Source: Octopus vulgaris (taxonomy: Eukaryota). Taken from it: a stretch of DNA of 64,000 nucleotides. Every line of letters starts with the position of its first letter. Position 1 is the first letter of the stretch. This document shows, piece by piece, positions 1 through 12,600 of this stretch. Where the stretch lies: NCBI GenBank assembly GCA_951406725.2, contig OX597836.1:11098001-11162000 (forward strand), read 5' to 3'. The notes below the pieces were generated by a model that saw nothing but the letters and a program-made list of their open reading frames with translations, had not been told where the DNA came from and did not search any database. Both the position numbers and the translations under genes were made by a program.

Positions 1-239
1 GTAGTACTGCCATCGCAGTCATCTATACGGCACAGAGACCTGGTTAGGCTCCAGCCTTAGACGTTTTTAAGCCCGTGACCAACGTAAGTTTAATTAACAT
101 TTTTTAATGTAATCCAAAACCTTCTCTTTAATATTCAGTCATATACGTATCAATAGAATAACTTCCATGGATGTATCTATTGTTCGATTACCTCCCTTGC
201 ATGTTATCATATCATCGGCATTTCATCTGATGGTCATTT

Positions 240-580
240 TGTTTGGCAGCTGGCGCCCTCTGTCGGACGATTTGGCAGTTGAAGCTATTGATAAGACATG
301 TTTCTTTGACTTTCCGTTTTGTTTGATTCCAATATATTCGTTTGATTATTTATTGATAACACCTGTGCCGGTCAATTCCATTGACAAAATTCCTCCATGA
401 CTAAAGATGGTCTTGTGTGCCCAATGAAAAGAAATCAATATTATTATATTTCTTTTATTCCAAAGAAGAACAAAATTCCATTGTAACAGAAAACACAGGA
501 TAAATCCGCCATTTTGCATTGGTTTTTGCCTATTTCCAGGCAGCCAAATTTATACTCGCAGCCATCATTTGCATAAATAT
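240..580. promoter_or_regulatory. Candidate promoter/regulatory island (CTCF-like, YY1-like, octamer and CCAAT motifs)
   Basis: Non-repetitive stretch. Minus-strand CCGACAGAGGGCGC at 253-266 (close to CTCF core CCASYAGRKGGCRS), CCAAT at 421, CCGCCATTTTG at 506-516 (YY1 consensus), ATTTGCATAAA at 567-577. Motif matches only. Confidence 0.3.
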
Positions 581-1739
581 ATATATATATATATTATTCA
601 ATGTAAATTATCGCTCCCTTTAAGCAGACTACAAAAACCAAATTACCATACACTTTGGTTCAGTAGATAATATGAAATGAAAAAAAAAAGAAAAGATGGA
701 AGACGAAAGAGAAAAGGAAACGAAAAATTTTCATATGAATTTTATAGTAAGAAAAGCGAGTATTCTGTAATTCGTGAATATTATAGCACATCTAAAGTTC
801 AACATCTGTACAATATTTCCCATTGGTTGCACTTATTTTAGCAACGATTTGACGGCATCAAGAAATGCGAGAAATTATTGATCTGCATATAATTCATATG
901 AATTGCGCTTTTCTTAGTGTCATTCCATGTTAGATTGAAATGGTAATATCAATATCCGATAATAAATGGCATAATACCATTTTTGTTTGCTTTTCTTTCT
1001 TTTTACTTTCAGTGTGTGTGTGGGGGGGTAGCTCTTCTCTTTAACACTCGCTTAGAAATAGTACACTCTATATGCTTTATCTACAATATACATCCATTAT
1101 AGTACGAATAATGCTACAAGGCATTATACACTCACACACACACGTGTGTGTGTGAGTGTGTGTGTGTAGATGGATGTATATATATATATATTTGTTATTA
1201 TTATATTTTCAAGCCTTCAAGCTACAATATTTCGTTGGATTTGTATTAGCTTAGATTTGCATCAACAACTTGGGAACTTTTCGGAGCTGTTCAATATATT
1301 TTCTTATTTTTCTGTTTGTCTACCAAATCAATAAGTGCCGTTTGATAACGATATTGTGTTACGGTGTAGCGATTCTAAGGAACTGAATTTCGTTGATTCG
1401 CTAAAGGATGTTCAATAACTACCGAAGCAATGCTAGAGCAGTAGAAAATAAAAAAAGAAAAAAGAAAAAAGAAAAAAAGGTAAAAGAAAATAAAGATAAA
1501 CCTTTAGCAGAATATCAACTGGTTTCTTGCGGTTCTTATTAGCGCATTGAGCCTTCAGGTTACGTTCGACCTCAGAAATTCCGGTCAAATAAATCCTTGG
1601 GTTCTGAATACAATGAAATTAATTTAGTATTGTCTCTAGGAGCATGCAGTAGGAGTTAGTAAATAACCTCGGCAAAGATAGTCCATATTCAATGCGTCGG
1701 TTCATTTATCTTCTTCGCTATCTCCCCTCTCAATCTCTA

Positions 1740-1795
1740 TGTATGTATGTAATATACAGATATATATACATGCATACATGCATGCATACATACAT

Positions 1796-1869
<74 letters not shown>

Positions 1870-1894
1870 TTATATATATTTGTATGCATATATG

Positions 1895-1926
<32 letters not shown>

Positions 1927-1964
1927 CATATATGTATATGTGTATATATATATATATATATTTA

Positions 1965-2057
<93 letters not shown>

Positions 2058-2066
2058 GTATGTATA
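1740..2066. repeat. Compound (TA)n/(TATG)n microsatellite
   Basis: Directly visible low-complexity array; it explains the IYIYIY ORFs. Confidence 0.95.
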
Positions 2067-2069
2067 TTA

Positions 2070-2215
2070 CACCAGATTAAGCAAATAAATGCGAAACAAG
2101 ATGAGAAAAATAGTACTTGAATACCAGAGGTAGAGTAAAATGCTTTATTAAGAAGCAGCAAAAATATCACAAAGACTGTTACTCAGAGTTTCACGTTTCC
2201 GTTCGTCGGATAATT
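2070..2215 (-). mobile_element. Penelope-like element terminal repeat (pLTR) fragment with degenerate hammerhead-like motif
   Basis: Homologous to 37050-37175. Minus strand reads CCGACGA-ACGGAAACGT-GAAAC-TC. It lies inverted just upstream of a Penelope-like ORF remnant, the typical PLE layout. Confidence 0.55.
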
Positions 2216-2639
2216 TTGTTTAGAATGGAGCAAGATAAAGTTATATGCAGAAATACAAATATTTTGATAGACACACATTTGAAAATGGTTTTCTTTCATT
2301 GGTCCTTTCAACTAACGGTATTTTCAATAATCGATTGCATGAAATAATAAAGTACGGTTTAAAATCATATTATTATGAAAATCGAAGAAAGCCTTAAATT
2401 AAAAATAGCTTATGAAGAAGGAAAAGTTCTGAATACCCAGGGTAGATAATTAGCTGTAAAAATAAGAAATTAAAAGATATATCTGTTAAAAAAATATTCC
2501 CTCTAGATTACATAGACATTTATGCAATATATACACATAGTAAATAATCTATAATATATGTATATACACTAAACAAACAGACGTAGGTATATGGCTACAT
2601 ACATATACAGAAGATCCAGTGTAGTCGGACTAATTCGAA

Positions 2640-2886
2640 CAATATTAGACCTCGTAGATAGTTTCTAAACATTTTCAATCGAGCCACAAGTTCTATAAAA
2701 TTTTTAATAGAAGGACATTGAAGGTTAGCTATTCCTGTTGCAAAACCGTCGCTTCTTTTATTAACCAGCATAACACGAAAATTATTACAAACAACTACAG
2801 TGCCGAATCTAATATGTGGAACTGCAACTTCAAAGATAATATTGTTGTCCGTTGGAAGGTAAATGTCTTGAAAAAGGAATTGTTTC
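2640..2886 (+). pseudogene. Penelope-like element RT/GIY-YIG linker remnant
   Basis: Hand translation across frameshifts: LDLVD..KHFQSSHKFYKIFNRRTLKVSYSCCKTVASFINQHNTKI...CNFKDN/CPLEGKCLEKGIV. This matches the PLE pattern KHFP..HK..KIFNRNT.KVSYSC.....I..HN.K....CNC....CPL.G.C. Confidence 0.8.
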
Positions 2887-2954
2887 TTAACCCCCTAGAC
2901 AATTAGAATTCTTCTTTTTGGTGTAACATTGCAGCCTGCTGTTTATATTAATTT

Positions 2955-3080
<126 letters not shown>

Positions 3081-3084
3081 CATA

Positions 3085-4089
3085 TAATATTAGTGGGTTT
3101 GTCTTCATAACATGTTCTGTTGTTCTTACTCGATGAACCCGACTTCGGCCTCAATGACCACCTCCAGACGACCTTGGAACCAGCCACAAGCCTTCCTTAC
3201 TATCTTACGTTTTAGATCCTTGAAGGCCCTGGTAATCCTGGCTCTCACCTTGTCTTTCGTGTTGCAGCCGGATTTCTCAATCTCTCGTTCACTGAGCAAC
3301 ACAAAAAAATGTCGGGGGGTTGGTGTCAGGCGAGTTGGGAGGCCAATGGGTTGTGCTGGAAAACATTATCTGACAGCCAGGCCTGGGTACTTCTGGCTGG
3401 TGTGGCAGGGCCCAGAGTCCTGCTGCCACAAGTACGGCCTGTCTGTAGCTACCTGGGTAATTCAGCGCTTCACCACCTCATTCAGAACATGGAGGGACCT
3501 CAGCTGCATTGCTGATGACACCAAAGACCATGCTTTTGGTATACTTCAGTGTTTTTGCTGTACACCCTTGGACAGAAAATTTTCCTTCATAATCTTCTAT
3601 GAAATATACTGCATCTCCTCATGCACTTCAAGCCCGGTGAACTTTTCATCGGCACCTTTCTCCTCTACAATGAACTTGCTGGGTTCATTGTAGAAGATCT
3701 CCTGTATTTTAGTGATAATCTGCGGCGTTCTTGTGGTGTCAGATCATCGATTCTGGGTTTTCCTCTCTTACTGTCGCCTCCTAGTCGAATCCTGAATCTT
3801 GCAGCTCCTTTGTGGCTTTTTCTACCATCCGTCTGGTCACGTTGAGGAAGTCTGCAATCTACTTGTTTGTCTTTCCGGCACGGATTCCGAGGAGAATTCC
3901 CTCCCTCTTTCCCAAATTGGGGTGGGGTGGGGATCAAAATTCCCCATAGTCATTTAGTCTGCGAAAAAATAAAGCAATAAATGGTTATTGTTCTTACCAA
4001 GAAAAAGTCAGACAACAAAGTAAAAAAACAACCCAAATATCATGCGTAAAATTAGCAGCTTAAAATTGCGATCGAATACCGTCCGCTCC

Positions 4090-4092
<3 letters not shown>
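3085..4092 (-). mobile_element. Degraded, internally deleted Tc1/mariner transposon (maT/DD37D-like)
   Basis: Minus-strand translation with stops and frameshifts gives an N-terminal HTH region (KREGILLGIRAGKTNK*IADFLNV...SDTTRTPQIITKIQE...EPSK...VHEEMQYIS*K) and a catalytic C-terminus (RPYLWQQDSGPCHTSQK...WPPNSPDTNP...KACGWFQGRLEVVIEAEVGFIE*, stop at 3126-3128). The 5' end is TA|CAGGG at 4092. Confidence 0.85.
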
Positions 4093-4275
<183 letters not shown>

Positions 4276-4289
4276 GTATGTATAAGTGT

Positions 4290-4480
4290 ATATCGGCACA
4301 CACACACGCATGCGCGTACGCACGTGTCATTTGTAAGGCACTAACACCGGTGTTCCTTCTTATCTTCTCACGTTTATATTCTGAAAACATACTCAAAATC
4401 AAACAGAAAATTACCGAAGGCAGCATGAACGATACAAAAGTAGCCAAATATTTATCTCTTCCATATCTAGATAATAATTT
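4290..4480 (+). repeat. About 190 bp dispersed duplication, copy 1 (copy 2 at 15931-16120)
   Basis: Near-identical sequence from TATCGGCACACACAC to CCATATCTAGATAATAATTT at both sites. Confidence 0.9.
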
Positions 4481-5524
4481 ATTACACATACATAACTTGA
4501 ATTTAGGTACTTTGGCAACACATATCTTAGCGCACTCACAATAGCTGCTCAAAGGCAAAAATTTTGTGAAAAGCTCTATAATTGCTTCCTAATTAAGCCG
4601 AAATACTTCCTGTCTTAAACTTAATAATTAAGGAAGGAATAATGAGATGTGTTTCGCCCGTTGGGCATGGCAATTATTTCGAAGAGATATGTATTTCACA
4701 GACTGCCAAATCTAATACACTATAGGTTATTTATAAATCAATTCACGTTTGTTTTCAGTTTGATATTAATAAGAAAAAGTATATATATATATATATATAT
4801 ATATGATGTTTTGATGCAAATTCACTTATCTCCAACTGGGTTAACAAACTGAGAAATAGCTTTTAATAAGGTACATATAATTGACAGAGCGCAACGATGC
4901 AGAAATGCGCATCTAGCTTTCCCTACGCTGTTGCTGAACAATTTTCGTTGGCTACTGATATATTCCTGTTTTTAAACAAAATGCGTCCATAAAAAGAAGC
5001 TGTTTTCTGGAGGATACCGCTGTTAATTTTCCTTTTCTCGATGTATCTACATTAAGTATAATACACTGATGTCTATTTCACCTACACTGTTTCTGTTGCA
5101 TGTAACGAATTTTGATTCAACTGGGTGGGTAACTGCAACACCAGTGACTGTTTCAGTCATTGTTTCCTTATATCAGTAGCGACATATTTCGTACTAGCAT
5201 GCGGTGCACTGTAGTACGTGTTACTGACGAAGCTCAACAGGGCAGAAATACATCTGTAGCATTCTCCTTGCTGCTACTGGACAATTTTCCTTTGTTACAG
5301 ACATAGGTGTGTAATTTTAAATACAGCGAACCCAAAAGAGACATCACCCCCGGGAAAATACTGCAGTCAATTTGCTTTTCACAATGTATCCACATTAAAT
5401 ATGATACACAGATACTGCTATTTGAATCTAGTTGTATTTTAAGTTAATTTAAGCCTTTGCACATTATATTGATAACAGCTGAAAGCCGGTGTTAGGCAAG
5501 GAAGGAATTTATTGCTATAATACT

Positions 5525-5757
5525 TATTTCTTTATTACCCACAAGGGGCTAAACACAGAGGGGACAAACAAGGACAGACATAGGTATTAAGTCGATTACA
5601 TCGACCCCAATGCGTAACTGGTACTTAATTTATCGACCCCGAAAGGATGAAAGGCAAAGTCGACCTCGGCGGAATTTGAACTCACAACGTAGCGGCAGAC
5701 GAAATACCGCTAAGCATTTCGTCCGGCGCGCTAACGTTTCTGCCAGCTCACCGCCTT
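5525..5757 (-). mobile_element. tRNA-derived SINE family B, full-length, with 16-bp target-site duplication
   Basis: Head GGCGGTGAGCTGGCAGAAACGTTAGC, B-box-like GAGTTCAAATTCC, central GCCTTTCATCCTTTCGGGGTCGATAAATTAAGTACC (resembles the Nin/Deu domain), tail AATAAAGAAATA. TSD TTATTGCTATAATACT at 5509-5524 and 5763-5778. Confidence 0.9.
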
Positions 5758-6244
5758 GATTATTATTGCTATAATACTGATGATAACTGTACTTCAGCGT
5801 TGATCTGGTAACATTTGATGACAATTGAAAGCCGGTGTTGAACGGGTAACATTTTTTGGATGACAACTCAAAGCTAATGTGAATGTAACAACAAATGTAG
5901 GGTCGTAGTAATGACAACATCTTAATATCAGTCATGAGATATCGACCACCTATTAGGGAGCTGACATCGAATATTAAATACGTAGAATATTTAAATCAAT
6001 GTCATTCTTTTTAGTCGCTAACCCCTTTTGCTAACATATTTCCGTTGAAATACATTCGCTCATTTTAGACAAGGAATGAAGAACTAAATAAGAATTAATT
6101 AGTCGTTCATTATTTAGGTGGTGTTTGGCACTTAAATCAACATGGAATTTTGATTAATACTTTTAATTTAGATTACTTTAAAACACAGGGCTTGAATCGC
6201 TGAATGTGGGTCGGTCTCAGGAAGATTGGTATACAAAAGAAAAT

Positions 6245-6485
6245 TGCCACCCTGCCTGCTAGAAATAACAGCTGAATTTCTCTCAAACTGATCTGTAAAA
6301 TCGTAAAGACGGAAAGAAATATTGAATAATATGGCTTCAGAAGTATTGTCTGAAAACAAGATTGGATGATCATAACTTGTATTCTTTGATCATACGGCTG
6401 ATCGATTAAGACTGACCGGGGGGATAAACAACAACAGCAGCAGCACCACTAATAATAACACCACTAACAACAACAACAAGAACAA
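6245..6485 (+). mobile_element. Old retroposon 3' part with (CAA)n tail
   Basis: Contains CTGCTAGAAATAACAGC and ends GACTGACCGGGGGGATAAACAACAAC. Diverged relatives lie near 13495-13565, 26040-26200 (minus) and 39265-39310. Confidence 0.4.
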
Positions 6486-6809
6486 TTATTGGACAAGCGA
6501 TAACTTTTATCTGCGGCTCTTATTTACTATCAGAGAACTTAGAAGTTACAGCAGTAGCCCAAAACTTACAATTTGTTTCAAACTAAGCGAGTGCTTCTTT
6601 CAAATTTCCATAATCAAATTTGAGATTTCGTTACATCACAGTGTAACTTCCCGCTACTAATTTAAATCTTTTTGTAGCTCGTAAAATATAATCAATATTT
6701 ATATCTTGTGGGATTTAAATAATTGCATCAAACCGTCAATAAAACCAGATCCATTTTAACCCTCAAAGATCTAACTCCATTTCAAAGGTGGTTCTACGTA
6801 ATCAAAATA

Positions 6810-7313
6810 ATAACAGTAATAATGATAATAATAATATTAATACTACTACTACTACTACTAATAATAATAATAATAATGATAATAATAAAAAATAATGATA
6901 ATAATAATAATAAAAAATAATAATGATAATAATAATAATAATAATGATAATAATAATAATAATGATAATAATAAAAAATAATGATAATAATAATAATAAT
7001 AATATTAATAATAATAATGATGATGATAATAATAATAATAATAATGATAATAATAATAATAATAATAATAATGATAATAATAAAAAAATAATAATAATAA
7101 TAATAATAAATAATAATGATAATAATAATAATAATAATAATAATAACGATAATAATAAAAAATAATGATAATAATAATAATAATAAATAATAATGATAAT
7201 AATAATAATAATAATAATAATGATAATAATAAAAAATAATGATAATAATAATAATAATAATAGTAATAATAATAATGATGATAATAATAATAATAATAAT
7301 AATAATTATAATA

Positions 7314-7351
<38 letters not shown>

Positions 7352-7381
7352 AATAATAATAATAATAAAAAAATGATAATG

Positions 7382-7429
<48 letters not shown>

Positions 7430-7455
7430 AATAAATAAATAGTAATAACAATAAA
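6810..7455. repeat. (AAT)n/(GAT)n trinucleotide array with higher-order repetition
   Basis: Directly visible. Confidence 0.95.
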
Positions 7456-7860
7456 CATCTAAAAAATAAAGAGACAACATACAAATTTATTATTTCGCAT
7501 TTAGGAATGCGTTTTATTTTCCCCATGAAAATATCAAATTAAAGAATAATTTCGTTTTTTTATAGAAAAATTTATCTTAATCTAAAGAGTTTAAAAAGAT
7601 TTTAAGGGAAATCGGGGCATCTGCTTGGAAGCTGTAACCTTGGCTTATTTGTAATGAGCTTGACAGTTAATGTGTGACGGTTTGAAGGCCTGCCATTATG
7701 GAACATCGTGAGTTCGATTTAAATACAAGCTATCTTCAGAATACCTTTTTGTCTTTTCACGCTTACTCTTTTTCATTTGGTTCATTAGCTTTGCAGCCAC
7801 GCTGGAGATGCCTTGTTGAAGGGTTTTAGTGGATCAAATTCACGCCAATGCTTCAATGCT

Positions 7861-8270
7861 TACTCTTTTACTCTTTTACTTGTTTCAGTCATTTGACTGC
7901 GGCCATGCTGGAGCACCGCCATTAGTCGAGCAACTCGACCCCGGGACTTATTCTTTTTGTAAGCCCAGTACTTATTCTATCGGTCTCTTTTGCCGAACCG
8001 CTAGGTAACGGGGACATAAACACACCAGCATCGGTTGTCAAGCAATGCTAGGGGGACAAACACAGACACACAAACACACACACACATATATATATATACA
8101 TATATACGACAGGCTTCTTTCAGTTTCCGTCTACCAAATCCACTCACAAGGCTTTGGTCGGCCCGAAGCTATAGTAGAAGACACTTGCCCAAGATGCCAC
8201 GCAGTGGGACTGAACCTGGAACCATGTGGTTGGTTAGCAAGCTACTTACGACACATCCACTCCTGCACCT
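7861..8270 (-). mobile_element. tRNA-derived SINE family A, full-length (about 410 bp)
   Basis: Head GG(C/T)GCAGGAGTGG, B-box-like GGTTCAGTCCC, CORE-like CTTGGGCAAGTGTCTT, internal (TA)/(TG) tract, tail GGCGGTGCTCCAGCATGGCCGCAGTCAAATGACTGAAACAAGTAAAAGAGTAAAAGAG. Many copies in the window. Confidence 0.9.
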
Positions 8271-8389
8271 TATCTTTTACTTAAAAAAAATTCTGGTAAT
8301 TAATTTTTCGGTCTCTAATCGAACTGTTAAGTTACAGGGACACAAATAAAACAACAGCGGGTGCACTTGGTGTTTGGAGAAATATTTGT

Positions 8390-9385
8390 TACATGAATGT
8401 GAATGTTTTGTTAGATTAGGGATTTCTGTCTTTTAACTTTTGTTTGATCAGAGACGATGTGAGATGGTTAAATAGAGGTATGTAGTAGAGTTCAATATAA
8501 GGAGATATTTTGGAAAAGGATGGAAATAAGGTGTATAAAGAGAAATAAGAGAATAAAAGTAAAAATTAAAATATATGTAGGATGTTATAGTTACATCATC
8601 CAAGGAAAGTGGTGTGTAGAAATGATAGAAATGCATCTTGTACATGGTATGTAAATTCCTTTGGCAGTTCATATTTTGCCATTACAAATGGAAAGTGTGG
8701 AGAGTTACATTCTACGTGCTGTTCATTCAAAGGGGTCTTTTCGTGTGAGTGAAATTTTGAGAATCTAGTCGTAGTATTAAGTAGATAGAGAGAAGAGAAA
8801 AGATGTGCATGTTAAAATGAGGTGAATGGTCAAAAGGTATAGGCGAGGAAAGAAGAAGGAAAGAAAGAAAAAAGAGGAAGGAAAAATGAAAATGGTAGTG
8901 TTAGTTGGTGGCCAAGATATTATGAGAGGGGATGGGAGAGGAGTAGGGGAGGGAGAGGAAGAGATAAGAATGTAAAGAAGGAACATGTGTGAGTGGTGGG
9001 ATGTGGGATGATATGTTTGAAAGGCACTAAGTTGGAGGAATGGGTATAGAAAATGGTACAGGGTGGGGATATTAAAGTGAGTAGAAAACCCCAAAAAGGA
9101 AGGGAGAATAATAAGATATAATGGCCAATTTTCTTAAAATAGACGGAGGTGTTTATTGTCCTGGCTAAGGTGATTGTCGGAGCCGAGGAATTCGAGAAAG
9201 AAAGAAAGACGCGTCTATTTCTTTCTATTTCCTTCTATTTCCCTCTATTTAATCATCTCACATCGTCTCTGATGAAGGAATAACCTTGATATCACAGAAG
9301 CACCTGTAAGAGTAACTGTCTCTTTAATAAATATCCTGAAAATTCCCCACTGCTTTGCATTTGTTGTTTTGTTTTATATATATAT
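8390..9385. mobile_element. Decayed Penelope-like element remnant ending in a pLTR with hammerhead-like motif
   Basis: Strongly purine-skewed stretch. 9255-9312 (CATCGTCT-CTGATGA-AGG...CAGAAGCACCTGTAAG) is homologous to the palindrome arm at 23580-23640. The body assignment is weak. Confidence 0.4.
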
Positions 9386-9387
9386 AT

Positions 9388-9519
9388 GATTTTTGATTTT
9401 GATTTTTCCAGTTTCAGCTAATGAGCTGTGGCCATGCTGGGGCACCGACTAAAGGCGGTGCTCCAGCATGGCCGCAGTCAAATAACTGAAAGAAGTAAAA
9501 GAGTAAAAGAGTAAAAGAG

Positions 9520-9520
<1 letters not shown>
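9388..9520. mobile_element. Two inverted retroposon 3' tails (LINE-type tail on minus, SINE A tail on plus)
   Basis: TTTCAGCTAATGAGCTGTGGCCATGCTGGGGCACCG followed by CGGTGCTCCAGCATGGCCGCAGTCAAATAACTGAAA. Confidence 0.75.
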
Positions 9521-9583
<63 letters not shown>

Positions 9584-9584
9584 T

Positions 9585-9715
9585 GCGACAGGCGTCTTTC
9601 AGTTTCCATCTACCAGATCCACTCGCAGGGTTTTGGTCTGTCTGGGGCTATAGCAGGCGACTCTTGTCCTAGGTGCCACTCAGTGAGACTGAACCCGGAA
9701 CGATGTGGTGGCAAG
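9585..9715 (-). mobile_element. SINE family A, diverged 5' fragment
   Basis: CTTTCAGTTTCCATCTACCAGATCCACTC...GACTGAACCCGGAAC. Confidence 0.8.
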
Positions 9716-10060
9716 TTTATATATGCTTTGTGTGTGACTATATGTTGCTATGTTGTAATTCTTCACGGTGCTTCGATCAAACGTCTGGTGTTGTAGTCCA
9801 CGGTTCACCAATAATAGGAGTGGTATTTAATAGAAGGAAACTATGAGAAAGTTTGACAAGAAACAGTCCGAAAGCTTACGGCGAAAATTATGGGTTTTGC
9901 TTGACTTGTTTGCCATAGAACTTACTATTCATCGACTGGTATTTATGACGAATCACCTTGACGCAGATGGGTGGGTAACATTAAAGTGTTTGATTTAACG
10001 TTAAATAGCGAAACGTATATCTGACAAGTTCATGCCTATCATTTTTATGCTGCACGTTAA

Positions 10061-10670
10061 GACGGTGAGCTGTCAGAATCGTTAGCGCGCCAGGCGAAAT
10101 GCTTAGCGGTATTCCGTCTGCCGCTGCGTTCTGAGTTCAAATTTCGCTGAGATTGACTTTGCCTTTCATCATTTCGGGGTCGATTAAATAAGTGCCAGTT
10201 ACGCATGGAGTTGATATAATCGACTTAATCCGTTTGTCTGTCCTTGTTTGTCCCCTCTGTGTTTAGCCCCTTGTGGGTAGTAAAAATATAGGTATTTCGT
10301 CTGCCGCTACGTTCTGAGTTCAAATTCCACCGAGGTCGACTTTGCCTTTCATCCTTTCGAGCTTGATAAATTAAGTACCAGTTACGCACTGGGCTCGATG
10401 TAATCGACTTAATCCCTCTTTCTGTCCTTGTTTGTCCCCCCTGTGTTTAGCCCCTTGTGGGCAATAAAGAAATAAGAAACGTTAGCACGCAGGAACAAAA
10501 GGCTTAACGGTGTTTCCTCCGTCTTTACGTTCTGAGTTCAAATTCTTCCGAGGTTCATTAAGCGTTTGACCCTTCTGGGGTCGATAAAATAAGTACTGGA
10601 CTCGATCATATCATCTTTCTTCCCTCAAAAGTTTCTGCCCCCTTCCCAAAACTTGAAACCATTTAAACAT
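10061..10670 (+). mobile_element. SINE family B head-to-tail multimer (about 3 units)
   Basis: Three successive GAGTTCAAATT...GTCGAT units; junctions at 10290/10291 and 10474/10475. Confidence 0.9.
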
Positions 10671-10689
10671 TTCCGTACGTGTTTGAGTA

Positions 10690-10750
10690 TCTATATATGT
10701 ATGTTTGTATGTGTGTGTGCATAAATATCACAGTGTTTCTCTATCTATCT

Positions 10751-10843
<93 letters not shown>

Positions 10844-10907
10844 ATGTATGTATGTATATATATATGAATATATGTATGTATATATATATATATGTATATA
10901 TGTATGC

Positions 10908-10947
<40 letters not shown>

Positions 10948-11045
10948 TGAGAGAGAAAGATATGAATGTGTATATAAATGTGCGTGTGTGGTGCACACAC
11001 GGAGTTGGCTATTCAATCACACACACACACACACACACACATGTG
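10690..11045. repeat. Compound (TA)/(TG)/(TATG)/(CA) microsatellite
   Basis: Directly visible. Confidence 0.95.
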
Positions 11046-11287
11046 CGTGCACGGCCGAACAACTTGTGTTTTTCTATGTTGGCTGCCATGTTACTTTTAA
11101 TTTATATATTTTTAATCTGGTAATTTTTATTCAGCGGAAACCGTTCAGGTCAACGCCTCCATCCGTCTTCCTGGGTCGACTTAATATAACAGCGGAGACG
11201 TCAATAAATCATCCGTATTTATTTAAATTCGATCATCATAGAGATCATATTAGCCCTTGCATAATCTAGTTTATTACCATTACTATT

Positions 11288-11343
<56 letters not shown>

Positions 11344-12279
11344 CTTTTTTTGTCTTGTCTGTGTGTTATAAGACGTTCTACAAATGGCCAACTTTTAAAC
11401 TCTTCGTATTGATTATTTTTTTTATCATCGTCCTCCTGCTCCGTAATTTTGCGTTGTATAGGTTTCTTGCAAAGATTCTTTACTTGCTTGTCATTCGTTG
11501 TCAACATATAAAGCATGTTATGAAGCATGACAGCTGAATCATACGATTAACTTCTCGTTGTATATTTCCAATTTAGCAAACCTTATCTAATGGAGATTAT
11601 TGGAAATTTTCTCCAATTTCCGAACGATGTAACTATCTCTAATTTCAGAAAAAAAGAAAAAAAATTGATGCGGCGACGTAAACTTTATACATACGGACTT
11701 CATACGAATTGAAGAATATTAGAATAAAAAAAACACACAAGCAAATACAGAATGCTACGTTAAAGGCGAACGAATGGACGATTCGGATTAAATATAGATA
11801 GTCTGTGAAAGACATGATTGGAATAACCAATATTAGATTTAATGCTTTGATAATTAAACGAATTCTTAGAAGTCGGAACGTGGATGTATTTATATTATCT
11901 TCTCAAAGACCATACTTAATGCAGATTTACTTAAGACACATGTAGCTATAAGACCACCGAATGCAACATGTCTAATTTGACAGATATGTTTGCGAGTTTC
12001 TTCTCAGAAAACTGCAAAGATTTAAGGATCATCTTAGGTTACACGGGGTCTAGGATTATACTTCTGAATTTAATATTGATTTCAAACAGACAAATTATAC
12101 ATGGAATAGTGTATGTGCAAATTTTTGAAATTGCAGATTATGTTTTTCAATATCCATCTTGGTACACGAAGCAGTGGCTTTCCGTGTCTACAGTATATTT
12201 GTTCGAGCCTGGAGCACGTCGAGGGGAATTATTTCCTACTGATTTTCTATAGAAGGAGCTCTAACGATAGTTAAGGGAT

Positions 12280-12600
12280 GCACTCTGTAATGGCTGTTCG
12301 TGTTTCTAACACCTGTTGCCTAAAACAAGTATTTTCTATAAGGAAGCCATGCTTTTCAATATCAATTCACGGCTCTCCTGCATAGTAACCGGGTACCGAC
12401 GATACCTAAGTGATCCGCTCTGCACTGGCTGTCCGTGTTTCTAACACCTTTTCTATAAAACAAGTATTTTCTATAAGGAAGCCATGACTTTTATTATCAT
12501 TTCAGGGCTCTCCTGCATGATAACCGTGTACTGACGATAGCTAAGTGACGTGCTTTGCAATGGATGTTCGTGTGTTTAGCACCTATTGCCTAAAGTGATA
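12280..12600. repeat. Diverged tandem repeat, unit about 135 bp, about 2.3 copies
   Basis: TGG(C/A)TGT(T/C)CGTGT..T..CACC recurs at about 12290, 12426 and 12560; AACAAGTATTTTCTATAAGGAAGCCATG occurs twice. Confidence 0.85.

Noticed and set aside
3112-3693. 193-aa plus-strand ORF
   Set aside because: Antisense shadow of the decayed Tc1/mariner transposase.
11806-11830. TGAAAGACATG, matching the 5' end of miR-71
   Set aside because: Only 11 nt match and there is no precursor hairpin. The same applies to TCACAACCTCC (miR-67/307-like) near 59673.
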